This document shows, piece by piece, positions 26,693 to 40,698 of a DNA stretch of 64,000 bases. The notes under the pieces were generated by a model that was not told the origin of the DNA, searched no databases, and was given only the letters and a program-made list of their open reading frames with translations. Numbering within the stretch: the stretch's first letter is position 1; every line of letters starts with the position of its first letter. Position numbers and translations under genes: made by a program. This DNA is from Octopus sinensis (taxonomy: Eukaryota), in assembly GCF_006345805.1 (NCBI RefSeq), contig NC_043005.1, positions 7,750,001-7,814,000 on the forward strand, read 5' to 3'.

Positions 26693-26848
26693 CTCCCCCG
26701 TCACTTAGCGGTTCGGCAAAAAGAGACCGATAGAAGAAGTACTGGGCTTACAAAAGAATAAGTCCCAGGGTCGATTTGCTCGACTAAAGGCGGTGCTCCA
26801 GCATGGCCACAGTCAAATGACTGAAACAAGTAAAAGAGTAAAAGAGTA
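26693..26848 (+). mobile_element. SINE family C 3' tail fused directly to U6
   Basis: CCCCGTCACTTAGCGGTTCGGC...GACTGAAACAAGTAAAAGAGTAAAAGAGTA matches the 3' end of 44098-44517. Confidence 0.95.
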
Positions 26849-28537
26849 TGCCACTAATAGTATTTTACCTGGCTAAAAAACAACATAGATTCATATAAAG
26901 GTGACTTATGGAAAGATGTGACAGTGGTAGCTTCATGCATTTTTTTCTAAACATTTGGATTATAATATCATAGTGGATCGTTCAGTCGGATAAGGCAAGA
27001 AAAATCTAAGAGAAAAATGGGTGAAGAAAGTGAAAAATTGATTTGCTGTAATGAATTAAAAAAATTGCAGGAGAAGCAATTTACTTCATTAACCTCTGGT
27101 TTGATACTAATCAGTTTGATTATACAAACTGAATGCACATCATCCAAACATTAAGAACCGCCCAAGTGGAGTGATGTATATGTATTCAAGCTTGTAGAAC
27201 AAATTCTTTTTAAGGCGCATCGTAATTACCGTAGAGATCACTAGTTTGGATGCAGTTGTAGAAAGTTCCACTCGCTAAATAGTGGTAAGCAGTCTACTGA
27301 AGTGAGAAGTTTTAGTTTAAGTTGCATTGTAAATCAGTTCCCGATTCTAGCTACAAAATATCATTGGAACTTAATTAATTACATCTCAGTCTACAAATAT
27401 GAGACTTCAAGACGATATACAAAGTCACTTTTCTTAGTTGGCCTCTTTAGTGCAGTGGAAAGCTGGAAAATAATTGTTTGCTGTATAGAAGAAGTCGGAA
27501 AATCGTTATTGAGTCTATTGAGCAATAAAAGTAGGTATATAAACGCAGTTATTAAAGGTTTGTTTCAATGCAGAAAATAACTTTGAGCTCAATTTATCCG
27601 TTCTCATGTTATATCCGTCGAGGGACTGATAACAAGTTACAAAATCACTGTAACTTCAATCAAATGTTATTCTTTTATAGAGAAACGAACACACACACAC
27701 ACACACACAGAGACACACACGTACACACACACAAACACACACACAAACACACACAGTTTCATACAAATTTATCTCAAATTTCTCTTATTTTCTCAGGAGA
27801 TTTTGTTGTTATTGGGTGTTATCAGTTTACCGATGACAATTTTGGCGACAATTCAAGTCCACATGATCATATCTTGCTGTTTTACAGGAATGGAATCTCA
27901 GGTTTCATGTAAGAAGATATGTTAGAGTGATAAAGAAAACCAATAACAAGGCTGGTGAAATAACAAAATAACTTATATTCAATATTTCGGTCAGAAAGGA
28001 CCAAATAAATGAAAATTAATATAACAGGAAAACGAACTGTGACTGCACATTACACAAAAATGCTGTATGGTATGCACAGATATGTGTTAAAAGTTCAAAT
28101 CACCTACTGAAAGTGAAATATCTTACAGTCGATGCCTAACACTGGTTTATGATCTTTCATGATAATTATTTCTATAATTATCCAGTAGTTCTGTCTTTCG
28201 CCTTCATCATAATTGCGATCTGTTAATCAATTTGATATTTTTTGTAAACGATAAGATGTTCATATCTAGATGTTACTCGAGACAAATTTACAGTGCACAG
28301 ATAATGCTACCGATGTAAAACATTACGGAATAGCTCAATTTGTGTTGTCTGTAGCTGCAGTTTGTTCCTCTGAGGTATTTCTATTATTCATAACTAGGTG
28401 ATTTCTAGGTGATTTTGTAACTGAAACATTGGGTAAAATTTCCTTTATTTCTTCATCAATATTACCGTGGTTTTTACACTTTAAAATCCCTCCTTATATA
28501 TATTTACACATCAAGCAAATTATCGTGTTTTACTGTT

Positions 28538-28539
<2 letters not shown>

Positions 28540-28594
<55 letters not shown>

Positions 28595-28789
28595 GCACAC
28601 ACATAAAGGTACAGAGACACGTATGCACGTCAACTCACATGGATATGTACATATATATATATATATATATATATGTGCGTGTATCTATATATGCATGGGC
28701 ACATACATACACATATGTGTGTACACACACGTACATATATGCGTACACACGCGTACACACACTTATAGAAATATATGCACATATCTGTG

Positions 28790-28861
<72 letters not shown>

Positions 28862-28911
28862 GTACACACATGTATATATATATATTTATATATATATATA
28901 TATATATATAT

Positions 28912-28960
<49 letters not shown>
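28540..28960. repeat. Compound (CT)/(CA)/(TA)/(TG) microsatellite cluster
   Basis: Direct reading. Confidence 0.9.
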
Positions 28961-28964
<4 letters not shown>

Positions 28965-29621
28965 TATAATTATATGCTTATGTATAGCGCTATTAACAAA
29001 ACATTGAAAGTAAAATCTATCAGATTTATTATTTGACCTGTCACTCAGCCGCCAATCGAGCTGTGTAAATATATTCTATTAAAGCAAACACTGATATAAT
29101 ATTCTATTACAAGCGAAACTATTATTGTGATAATCATTCCCGTTGGTGATTGCCATCTTAGACTTCTCCGTATAATTCCAATTCCCCGTGAAATGAATGA
29201 GCAAATTTATACGAAGTACTGAATAATAATAGTAACTTTGACACATTTTCTTTACAAAGCCAATCTTCTGAGATTTGGAAACGGAATACATGAAAGTTGA
29301 AGCGAGTCTGTTATAGTTATGATTAACAGGAGGCGGCACTGGAGAATCATTTAGAAATTAACACTCTTTAAAATAACTCACATAAGAATGATTCGTGCCT
29401 AAATTTTCCAAATTTGTTTTTCAATTACACTGATAAATGGCCTCATCTTCCTGGTAAGAAATGTCAGATTACATATATGCATCATACCGTATCTTTTAGA
29501 TCTAAAATATCCCGCGCACAAATATCTAACCATATATATGTATGTACACACACATACATATATAATAATTTATAGATGTTTGCACCGCCGAAAATAGAGT
29601 ATTCAATACATATAATAGAGT

Positions 29622-30105
29622 AGGGACATCAGACTCGCTACCAAATGCAGATTGGTGAATGCAATCGTCTTCCCTCTAGCAACATATGGATGCGAGACCT
29701 GGACACTAAAGAAAGCTGACCAGAAGAGAATTAATGCATTCGAGCTTTGGTATTGGAGAAGACTTTTACGGATTCCATGGACAGCGAGTCTCACTAATGG
29801 AGAAGTTCTTAACCAGATCAAGCCGAAACTGTCGCTAGAAGCTAGGATCACCAAACATAGATTGACATATTTTGGTCATATTATGCGGAGAAAAATCCAT
29901 GGAGAAGGACATCATGCTCAGAATGATCAGTGGCAAGAGAGGAAGAGGCCAACCAAGAACCCGCTGGCTTGACATCATCAAGAGTGACACGGGCATGCCC
30001 ATAGCCAATCTGAAAGAAGCGGCCCAGGATAGAATTGACCGGAGGACACTGATCCATCGAGTAACCAAGAGTCAACTTCGACTGAGCGGATAGATAGATA
30101 GATAG
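29622..30105 (+). mobile_element. RTE-clade LINE, 5'-truncated 3' fragment
   Basis: YGCETWTLKKADQKRINAFELWYWRRLLRIPW...YFGHIMR...GKRGRGQPRTRWLD over one frameshift; (TAGA)n tail; 8-bp TSD AATAGAGT at 29614-29621 and 30106-30113. Confidence 0.92.
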
Positions 30106-30326
30106 AATAGAGTGAAATGTATATAAAAATCAATATATTCTGTTTTTGACTGTAATAATACATTGTTCCGTTAAGATTCATACTCAACTAGGGCTAGACA
30201 ATCACCAAACGACAAATTCAATCAGTTTCTAAAATATATGGGAGTTATACGAGTTGTTATTCTTCAAAGTTTCTGGTGATGCGTTTTTGGCTGACAGGTT
30301 TTAAGATGTAAACGTCTTTCGGAATA

Positions 30327-30711
30327 TGGAAGCACTCCGTCGGTGACGACGATGAGGGTTCCGGTTGATCCGAATCAACGGAACAGCCTGCTCGTGAAAT
30401 TAACGTGTAAGTGGCTGAGCACTCCACAGACACGTGTAACCTTAACGTAGTTCTCGGGGATATTCAGCGTGACACAGAGAGTGACAAGGCCGGCCCTTTG
30501 AAATACAGGTACAACAGAAACAGGAAGTAAGAGTGAGAGAAAGTTGTGGCGAAAGAGTACAGCAGGGATCACCACCATCCCCTGCCGGAGACTCGTGGAG
30601 CTTTAGGTGTTTTCGCTCAATAAACACTCACAACGCCCGGCCTGGGAATCGAAACCGCGATCCTACGACCGCGAGTCCGCTGCCCTAACCACTGGGCCAT
30701 TGCGCCTCCAC
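30327..30711 (-). mobile_element. tRNA-derived SINE, family A, full length
   Basis: Highly similar to 9876-10260. Confidence 0.92.
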
Positions 30712-31272
30712 TTATAGTAATGATAGTAAAGGCAAAGTAAATAAATATGATGCCAGTTGACAAGGGACATGAACGTGTCTGTGAGTAACTTAATGCCAAC
30801 CACTTAAATGGCTCTTTTCTGGATGCCCTTATAAAGTATCTGTGTTTAATAGCAACAACATTCTAGGATGTAAAAACAATATTCCATTGTGGATCTTACT
30901 TGAATTTTGCAGAGCGTCAGCAAATGTTGAGGGCTGAAGTATTTTCGAACCTGAAGGGATGAACCATTTCTGGGTTCAGATAACACCCAAGACTTAGCAA
31001 CAAGCAAGTATTAACACCGTAAAATGCCTGATGAAAATATAGTATACTTAAATGAAAACTCTAGCCATCAAACCGCAGTTATAAAATGTTATCAAGAGAT
31101 ACTAGTAGAATATCTGTTCTCGAATAGGTAAATATTCAGTTTTATAATCTCATACAATGACATAGTGATAGAAATTGTTTGAAAGTAAAACAAGTTTCAT
31201 TTGTAAGTAAAACTAAATAAATACATACTACTATAGTATGAATAAAGCGTCCATTGTAGCAAGAGATTTTCT

Positions 31273-31510
31273 TATTTCTTTATTGCCCACAAAGGGCTAA
31301 ACATAGAGGGGACAAACAAGGACAGACAAAGGGATTAAGTAAATTACATCGACCCCAGTGCGTAACTGGTACTTAATTTATCGACCCTGAAAGGATGAAA
31401 GGCAAAGTCGACCTCGGCGGAATTTGAACTCAGAACGTAACGGCAGACGAAATACTGCTAAGCATTTCGCCCGGCATGCTAACGTTTCTGCCAGCTCGCC
31501 GCCTTAATAA
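31273..31510 (-). mobile_element. tRNA-derived SINE, family D
   Basis: Family consensus; TSD CAAGAGATTTTCT at 31260-31272 and 31511-31523. Confidence 0.92.
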
Positions 31511-31945
31511 CAAGAGATTTTCTGTCATTGAAGGGAAAATCATTACCTTATTGGCCATGAATATCATAACCGTTCAATAAGTCACCAACTGTTACTTGGG
31601 TAGAATCGTGGCCCGAATATCCAACCACAAACTTACAGGATTAGAAACACTTTAAATCAATTACCAGAATGGAACTGGACTTGCATCATTCCTTTCCAGG
31701 ACATTTAATGACAGTTATGTTAGAAAGTTGCTTGTTTTATAGAGTCATATTAGCTTTAAAGAATCGTACTAAATAGAACTATATATGGACCACGGAGAGC
31801 TCACTCAACATCAACTGTATACGTTGTACTCACCATTTTTCTGAGCTTATGAATATTGCTGAAGAGAAACCTTATATGGAAAAAATTTTAAAGTGTGACA
31901 ATTGATTTCTAGAAATTCTACAATGTTTCTGAGACATATTCTATT

Positions 31946-32288
31946 ACTTTTTTTTTTATTACTTGTTTCAGTCATTTGACTGTGGCCATGCTGGAGCACC
32001 GCCTTTAATCGAGCAACTCGACCCCGGGACTTATTCTTTTGTAAGCCCAGTACTTATTCTATCGGTCCCTTTTGCCGAACCGCTAAGTAACGGGGGATAT
32101 AAACATACCAGCATCGGTTGTCAAGCAATGCTAGGGGGACAAACACAGACACACACAGACACTCACAAGGCTTTGGTCGGCCCGAGGCTATAGTGGAAGA
32201 CACTTGCCCAAGGTGCCACGCAGTGGGACTGAACCTGGAACCATGTGGTTGGTAAACAAGCTACTTACCACACAGCCACTCCTGCGCC
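31946..32288 (-). mobile_element. SINE family C with central deletion (microsatellite core lost)
   Basis: Head and tail present; junction ACACAGAC|ACTCACAAGG near 32160. Confidence 0.88.
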
Positions 32289-33113
32289 CTATAATTAACT
32301 TTATTAGCGGGACCCGTAAATATTTCTCGGAATTAATAGTAAACCTATTGGGTTATTCCTGAAAACTTTATCAAAAAAACCTGAAAGCATAGCCTGTGTT
32401 TTGTCTGTACGGAAAGATTGTCGCTCATCTGCTATTCATTGAAAAGTTAAGGAAATTGGAATACGATGATTACTTAATGGATCTTATATATACATTTTAT
32501 ATACGTTATACACAATTTTATAGACTTAATACACTGCGCTCATAAAATAAATATTCTCTCTTATTTTTCTGTTTTTTCCATAAACTGAAAAAAATTACGT
32601 TTTAAAATTTACATGGTCACAATTTCATATCCAGAAAACAAAAATTTTATAGTAAAATGTTTTAGTTTATATGTAAAATATAGGGGTCACAATTTCACGG
32701 GGGTAAAAATTTAATGCAATATGGTATACTCTGAAAAAACAAAAAAAACATCGTTGGTAACTGATAAGCCAAGGGGATGGGTCAGGGCCAACACACACCA
32801 CCACCTCTTTCTGTCTCTCTCTTTCTCTATCTCTCTCTGCCTTTCTTTAAGCTCACCATCAGAACATCACCCTTTTGCTAATATTATATTCCTAACTCTC
32901 CTCTCTATCACTACCTTCAACTAACATTTTTAACCACGTAATAAATATTACGTACCCCCTACCACATGTCATGGACGCTTCTCTCTTCCTTTCTCTCTCT
33001 TCCTTTTTCTCTCTCTCCCGCTTTCTGCCTCATTTTTCGTCTTCTCTTTTTCTCTAAAGTAATGACAAACAGAATTATTATAAGATTTGCGGTACCAGAT
33101 GATCATAATATAT

Positions 33114-33346
33114 ATTTCTTTACTACCCACAAGGGGCTAAACATAGAGGGGACAAACAAGGACAGACAAATAGATTAAGTCGACTACATCGACCCCAGTG
33201 CGTAACTGGTATTTAATTTATCGACCCCGAAAGGATGAAAGGCAAAGTCGACCTCGGCGGAATTTGAACTCGGAACGTAACGACAGACGAAATACGGCTA
33301 CGAATTTCGCCCGACGTGCTAACGTTTCTACCAGCTCGCCGCCTTA
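33114..33346 (-). mobile_element. tRNA-derived SINE, family D
   Basis: 17-bp TSD AGATGATCATAATATAT at 33097-33113 and 33347-33363. Confidence 0.92.
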
Positions 33347-34162
33347 AGATGATCATAATATATGCTTAAGTTCTCCAAGATAATTTTATCTTTGTTGGGT
33401 CAAATTATTAAGTTTTCGGTTATATCAGACTTAACATATTACATACAATATGGAACTTTCAGTGGAAAAGGAGACTGTGATATTCTGATGACTCTGCATC
33501 ACCAGAATCTAGCTTCGAAGGGCATTTTACGTTTTTTTTCTCAAAAGGTAACTTGTGCATCACTTTACATTTGTTGATGAAAAACTTGAAGATAAGAGAA
33601 AAAAAAAATACATTCAGTATCTTTATCATTTATTTATTATCGTAAATATTTCTAAGGCTTATCGAAGCTAAATTCAGAAGTATGTATGATTTATGATATT
33701 TTCAATTCCGCTAATAGTTACATGCATGGAAACTTGAGAGACAGTTAAAGACACAAAAAAGTGAAAGCGAGAAATAGAGAGTTAGATATATACACCCACT
33801 CTCACTCTTACACACGCACATATGCATATACAATCATCACAAGCATGACACATACGCATGCACACACACTTACGTACACACACCTACGCACACATCTACG
33901 CACGAATACGCACACACATGCACACACATACACACACATACTACTCATGTGAAAGAGAGAAAAAGAAAATATTTCTTTAAAAATTCCGTTTTCACTAAAA
34001 TTGGTTGATGAGAATGTTAGGACATGCTTACTGATCCACCCATACATCAGTGTTGAAATAAAAGAAAAATATATGAAGCCCGAGTATGAATTAATAAATA
34101 AGGCAAACGTTGGAGAACAAACACAGACTTACTCAAAATTAAACCGCACGTGCATGAAACAA

Positions 34163-34654
34163 TACTCTTTACTCTTTTACTCTTTTACTTGTTTCAGGCA
34201 TTTGGCTGCGGCCATGCTGGAGCACCGCCTTTAGTCGAGCAAATCGACCCCCCGGGACTTATTCTTTGTAAGCCCAGTACTTATTCCATCGGTCTCTTTG
34301 GCCGAACCGCGCTAAGTGACGGGGACGTAAACACACCAGCATCGGTTGTCAAGCAATGCTAGGGGGACAAACACAGACACACAAACACACACACATTACA
34401 CACAAACACACACACACAACACACACACACACTATATAATATATAATATATATATATATTATATATATATATATATATTATATATATATATACGACAGGC
34501 TTTTTCAGTTTCCGTCTACCAAATCCACTCACAAGGCATTGGTCGGCCCGGGGCTATAGCAGAAGACACTTGCCCAAGATGCCACGCAGTGGGACTGAAC
34601 CCGGAACCATGTGGCTGGTTAGCAAGCTACTTACCACACAGTCACTCCTGCGCC
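34163..34654 (-). mobile_element. SINE family C, full length with internal (TA)n(TG)n
   Basis: Head GGCGCAGGAGTGACTGTGTGG, B-box-like GGTTCAGTCCC, tail (AGTAAAAG)n. Confidence 0.92.
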
Positions 34655-35311
34655 AATACGTATAATAACGAAGGAATTGTAAACAGTTATAAAAAAAAAA
34701 ACAATATCTCTGAGAACTATATTCTTTCCATAAAATCTTCTAGAGATTAAGTGGAATTTCGAACTGTCATTCGAAACCGCAAACCCTCTTATAATTCCCG
34801 ATTTAATTTGATCTTTTCCATTGACAAACAATGTTTCCTTGTAATTTCTGACACTGGATATTTGATTCGTGCTTTATTCAAAGCCTGGCTGCTGACGTAT
34901 TCGCAATTGTCTGTCTTTGTAAATGGACATCGTCCTTTGACACAGGTATTTTGTTTGATTTAATTAAAAAATACCAATTACTCCAACTATACTTTCCATT
35001 TTCAGAAGACTCTGACAGTTGATTCAATTTTAATTGTTCTTTGAATAATGTATGATTTGTTGCGTTGCCTAAAACCCTTCTGCTAATTAAATCACGAATT
35101 TTGTATTCCGCTATATCGTCTTACGAATTAAGCATAAACCCGATCTATATTTTATCTAACAAAACCCATTTGTTTATCCAACTACAGGAATAAAATAAAC
35201 TATGTGTAGCAAAGTTAGAGCTCTTTAAATATTGTAGAATCTTCTTTAATTAGATTCAGTACTTCGACACTACCAAAATATCCATATTTAGCGGCTGGTA
35301 TATATGTATGG

Positions 35312-35315
35312 GCAC

Positions 35316-35397
<82 letters not shown>

Positions 35398-35412
35398 ACA
35401 CACACACACACA

Positions 35413-35447
<35 letters not shown>

Positions 35448-35520
35448 TCTCTCTCTCTCTCTCTCTCATACACACACACACTCTCTCTCTCTCACACACG
35501 CACACGTATATATTTATATA
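35312..35520. repeat. (CA)n/(CT)n microsatellite
   Basis: Direct reading. Confidence 0.95.
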
Positions 35521-36516
35521 TATGCATGTATGTATTAAGAGGTTTGGTGGAGTTCGTGTTGTTGAGTTCCAGGTAATCCGTGAAAGTGAAGGCCAGCGAA
35601 TCTTCCAGTCATTAACAGTTCATATTTTGGTATATTTGTCACTATATTTTGTTTTTTAAGTTGGTAGGCTGTAGTTTGAGGAAGATTTGGCTGATGTATT
35701 TTTAACACGTGATCAACTAGAGGCTCCTTCTAGACCTTGTATTTCACAAGACTATTTTGAACAAATCTAACTTAAGAGCGTCATTAACTTGATCGGGATC
35801 TATCCTTTGAAGCAACTAAAAGTGATTCGGGCCATCGAAGACGTATCACTACTTTTGTAGGGAACTAGCTTGACCCTGACTGTGATTTGAAACCAAATCC
35901 ACCTGCTTGTTGCTTGTCAAAACCAGCGAGAAATCCACTCCACACCAGATGATTGATGAAGAAGCACTTGATTCCCTAATACATGTGCTAGTCAAGGAAA
36001 GGTCAGTTCTTTGTTTGACCTACATTACTGACCATAATCTATATAGCTGACAACGCTTCCTATCTATTCCTCTTTCGTGTTAGTCAGACCAAAAAGCAAC
36101 ACCGAATTTTGAGTCAGTCATGACCAAGAGCTGCACTTTCCTTTCGGTCGCAAGAAAGACGATGCCACCTTTACTCCTGTATTTTTAAGTACCTGTTGGG
36201 TAAACGAATAAATATATGTAAATAATATTTCTTCCTTCTTGGTGTTGATTCTTTAATGTTCACTGGTTACTCTGACGCAAGAATCTTTAGTTGTGGGGCT
36301 ACATCATATCGACCTTATAACACATCTTTTATCCAGCCCGCCACAATTTCGATCACCCTGTCGTCCTAATCTGAACCCCCCCCCAAAAAAAAACAAACAA
36401 AAAACCCAGACAGGATCACGTCTGGGGTGTTCTTGATCGTATGCATGTTCTATCAGGATTTATGACAGATGGGAATAGGGGATAAATAACAACAGAAATA
36501 ACAGCAAAAATGATGG

Positions 36517-36565
36517 CATCATCATCATCACCACTACCACCACCACCACCACCACCACCACCACC

Positions 36566-36599
<34 letters not shown>

Positions 36600-36606
36600 C
36601 CATCAC

Positions 36607-36681
<75 letters not shown>

Positions 36682-36700
36682 CATCATCACCACCATCATC

Positions 36701-36758
<58 letters not shown>
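36517..36758. repeat. (CAT)n/(CAC)n trinucleotide array
   Basis: Direct reading; source of the poly-M/V and poly-P/S ORFs. Confidence 0.95.
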
Positions 36759-37206
36759 CGACTATCAAACCAACAACAACCAGGACAACAATGATTACCT
36801 GTTAACAGATAGCTACAGGCAGTTCTATGATAGTTGCTTTAATAAAGATCTCTTTACTTTGTAGTACAGTTATGATGAATGTTTTAAAATATCACCTGAT
36901 CCGAAATTAATTAAAAATGTCTTGTTGCAAGATAACAGAAAAGCTTCCACGTAGTGATCGAACCTTCCGGAGACTTTTTATAGGTAAGAACACTGGACTG
37001 TCAGAGGTGAGACTCCTTTGATCATAGACCTACACTGTCACAATTATAGCAACAACAAACACAACAACTACCACTGCAATAAACGATTACTGACGTTAAC
37101 AATTGTCCACGTTGCGTCTGGTTTCAATCCTAACTCGCAAGAATTAGAAGTCGACTCATTTATGGGGTTCATCTCGAGAAAATGGCGTGATCAACAATAA
37201 TAATAT

Positions 37207-37646
37207 AGGAGTGGCTGTGTGGTAAGTAGCTTGCTTACGAACCACATGGTTCCGGGTTCAGTCCCGCTGCGTGGCACTTTAGGCAGGTGCCTTCTACTAT
37301 AGCCTCGGGCCGACCACAGCCTTGTGAGTGGATTTGGTAGACGGAAACTGAAAGAAGCCGTCGTATATATATATATATATATATAATATATATATTATAT
37401 ATATATATATATACGTCTGTGTGTGTGTGTGTATGTATGTATATGTTTGTGTGTCTGTTTGTCCCCCCAACATCGCTTGACAACCGATGCTGGTGTGTTT
37501 ACGTCCCCGTCATTTAGCGGTTCGGCAAGAGAGACCGATAGAATAAGTACTAGGCTTTCAAAGAATAAGTCCTGGGGTCGATTTGCTCGACTAAAGGCGG
37601 TGCTCCAGCATGGCCGCAGTCAAATGACTGAAACAAATAAAAGACT
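37207..37646 (+). mobile_element. SINE family C, full length
   Basis: Family consensus with internal (TA)n(TG)n. Confidence 0.92.
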
Positions 37647-38330
37647 AAAAAAAAAAAACAAAATAGTAAAGGAAAAACGATTTCAAAATGGAGGAGGACA
37701 ACAGCACATGGTAATTTAAGGAATCGCACATACAGCCCAGGTTAAACAGAGACACTAAACGGAAGTACTCTGATCTATGAAGAAAAGACCTTTCCTCAAA
37801 CCTCTCTACCGTTATCACTGCACAATTTTCTACATCGTAATCACCTGATAGAACACAACCGACATTTTCTTACCGAAGAAACAAGGTGGTGATCTCGACA
37901 GATTGGTCTATAGCCAGATTCTACAGTTAGTACTTGCATGATCAACTCCAAACTGTTAAAAGGTTGAAAGAAAAAAGATTATTATTCTTTAACCAGCGAT
38001 CATCCCCGTTCAAGTAGACTTGTGATCAAAGCATCCTGTCTTTCCCCTAGGGTGTACATAATCCGTGGTGATTTTTCTCCTTCTATAAAGCAACAGGGCG
38101 TGGTTAGATATACATTTCGCTGGTTTTTCTAAAAATATTTGTTAGATGTCAATGACGGTGACGTCATATGACTCTTCAAGTAGATTATTTATATACAATA
38201 CAAATAGTTCATTGCGTATGAGTGGTTAGTCTGTCTGTTTTCGCTAATCACTTTTACAACCAGCGACAATCGAGCAGAAAGATAACCGGATCAATAATAA
38301 AGTGAACTGGACTTAGATTTTGTTAGAAGT

Positions 38331-38333
<3 letters not shown>

Positions 38334-38410
<77 letters not shown>

Positions 38411-38420
38411 TATATATATA

Positions 38421-38451
<31 letters not shown>

Positions 38452-38479
38452 TGTATGTATATATATATATATAATATAT

Positions 38480-38527
<48 letters not shown>

Positions 38528-38718
38528 ATATATATATAATTTATATATACATATATAAATACACGCGTACGTACATGCGTATATAATATATGCATATATA
38601 TGTATATCTATATGTACATAGATATATGAATATATATTTATGTAGGTATAAATATATATATGTATACATAATTATTTATATATGTGTACATATACAAATA
38701 CATGCATACATACATTTA

Positions 38719-38764
<46 letters not shown>

Positions 38765-39020
38765 TATATATACACATATATATTTGTATATATATATACA
38801 TGTTTATATGCATATATATATGTATATATAGAGAGAGATACATACATACAAGTATTATATATATATATATAATATATATAATATATATACATATATATAT
38901 ACACAACACTATATGTATATATATGTATATATATATGTATATATATATAATATAATTATATATATATATATATATTATATATATATATATATATGTACGT
39001 ATGTATGTATGTACATATGT
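38334..39020. repeat. Large degenerate (CA)/(TA) microsatellite field
   Basis: Direct reading. Confidence 0.92.
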
Positions 39021-39030
39021 TTGTATATAA

Positions 39031-39158
39031 AGACGGTGAACTGGAAAAGTCGATAGCGTTGGCTAGAATGCCTTGCGGCATTAGTGCCGTCTCTGTGCTC
39101 TGAGTCAACATCACATCGAAATCAATTCTATCTTTCACCATTTCAGGGTCGAAAAATA
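39031..39158 (+). mobile_element. Highly decayed SINE family D remnant
   Basis: GACGGTGAACTGG...CTCTGAGTCAA...TCTTTCACCATTTCAGGGTCGA aligns loosely to family D. Confidence 0.55.
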
Positions 39159-39358
39159 AAAAAAAAAGAATGAAAGAGAAGACAGTCCATGGCGATGAAC
39201 TGTTTTATTTAAGAATTTTAAGAGCGTTGGACAGAATGCTTTTTGATATCTCTTCCCTCTTTGTTAATTCAAATCTCATCTCGTCATCGAAAAACAGTGA
39301 CACTTCTATCAGGAGATGTGAGTGACACATAATCTTAAAAATTCGAAAACATATTAAA

Positions 39359-39754
39359 CTAGCAGTATCGCCCGGCGTTGCTCGGGTTTGTAAGGGAAAT
39401 AACTATGTAAGCATTTTTAGAGATGTAAACTATAATAGCCATCTCAATATGGCTAACCACAAAGGGAGTGGGGTTACTGTAGCTTTTTACGTTCTGAGAT
39501 TTAATAATAAATTTTTAGAGAGTTACTTCCCTTATATATGCCAAAAATGCATTAAAAATGGGAAAAATTGATGGTAATTTTTTTTTAAATCGTAGACTCA
39601 TCGTAGACGCGTGCTAATATCCAGAAGGGCTCCATATGAATCACGACTATAAAATACCCGGTTTTGGTTAAACTGCACCGCAAAATGTGGGAGTAGTTAG
39701 GAATCTAAATCGTAGGAGACAGACAGCACACAACCTCTCTTTTATATATAAAGA
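39359..39754 (-). mobile_element. Non-autonomous Helitron (~396 bp)
   Basis: TC...hairpin...CTAG termini, A|T target. Confidence 0.88.
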
Positions 39755-39944
39755 TATAGTTTCTGTAGTTCATTAGGATAATCACCAGACGCTATCAAGT
39801 GTGTGTGCGCCTGTGTGTTTCTATGCAGTGGTCACTTTCCTTCGTTTTGTTATGACGTCGATGGCAAATTATATTTACAAATGCGGATTATAATATGACA
39901 CTTTATTTTGAGTTGCTCCAGTCCACTCAACTATCAAAATGAGT

Positions 39945-40122
39945 TGTATCCGTAAGTCAAAAGGCCAGCCATGTCACATTCGGTGCCATGCTGAATCTTC
40001 CTGAGAACTACGTAACGGGTACGCGTGTATGTGTGGAGTGCTTAGTCACTTGTACATTCATTTAACGAGCTGGCTCTTCAGTTGATCGGATCAACTGGAA
40101 CTCTTGTTGTCATAACCGTCGT
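39945..40122 (+). mobile_element. Decayed SINE family A 3' portion
   Basis: GCTGAATCTTCCTGAGAACTACGTAA...GTGGAGTGCTTAGTCACTT...GTTGATCGGATCAACTGGAAC. Confidence 0.65.
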
Positions 40123-40147
40123 ATTTGTCTATACATACATGTATGTA

Positions 40148-40698
40148 TTGGGCTGTTCGGAAAGTTCGTGCCGATTTATAGTAGCTTATCTTTCGACTTA
40201 TTTTAGAACATCGTTGAGTCCATAAAATAGGATTTGACTACACCTCCATTTAGAGTACAGTCTAAGCTATCTTTTCGTGGAAGAAGGTTTATGTTCCTAT
40301 AACCTGTGTTAATTCTGTAACCCTTTAAAATGGAAGATAAGAAAGTTCATTTTCGGCACTTGATGCTTTGGGAACCAGACAAAAATTGCTGCAGCTCGGC
40401 TGGGATGTGTTACCTCACTCTCCATATTCACCAGATATCGCTCCTTCGGATTTCCACTTATTCAGGTCTCTGCAGAATAGTCTTAATGGTAAAAATTTCA
40501 ATTCCTTGGATGACGTAAACAGATACCTTGCTGAATTATTTGCCATGAAATCTCCTCAATTCTTGGAAGAGGGTATTTTCAAGTTAATGGAAAGATGGAG
40601 ATGCATTGTGCAACAAAATGGTTCATATTTGGTTGATTAAAAATGTAATGGCAAGTATTTTCCTTTAATAATCGGCACGAACTTTCCGGACAACCCAA
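40148..40698 (+). mobile_element. Internally deleted mariner (mellifera-subfamily-like), 551 bp
   Basis: TIRs TTGGGCTGTTCGGAAAGTTCGTGCCGATT / AATCGGCACGAACTTTCCGGACAACCCAA with TA TSD; MEDKKVHFRHLMLWE joined to TRQKLLQLGWDVLPHSPYSPDIAPSDFHLF. Confidence 0.93.
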
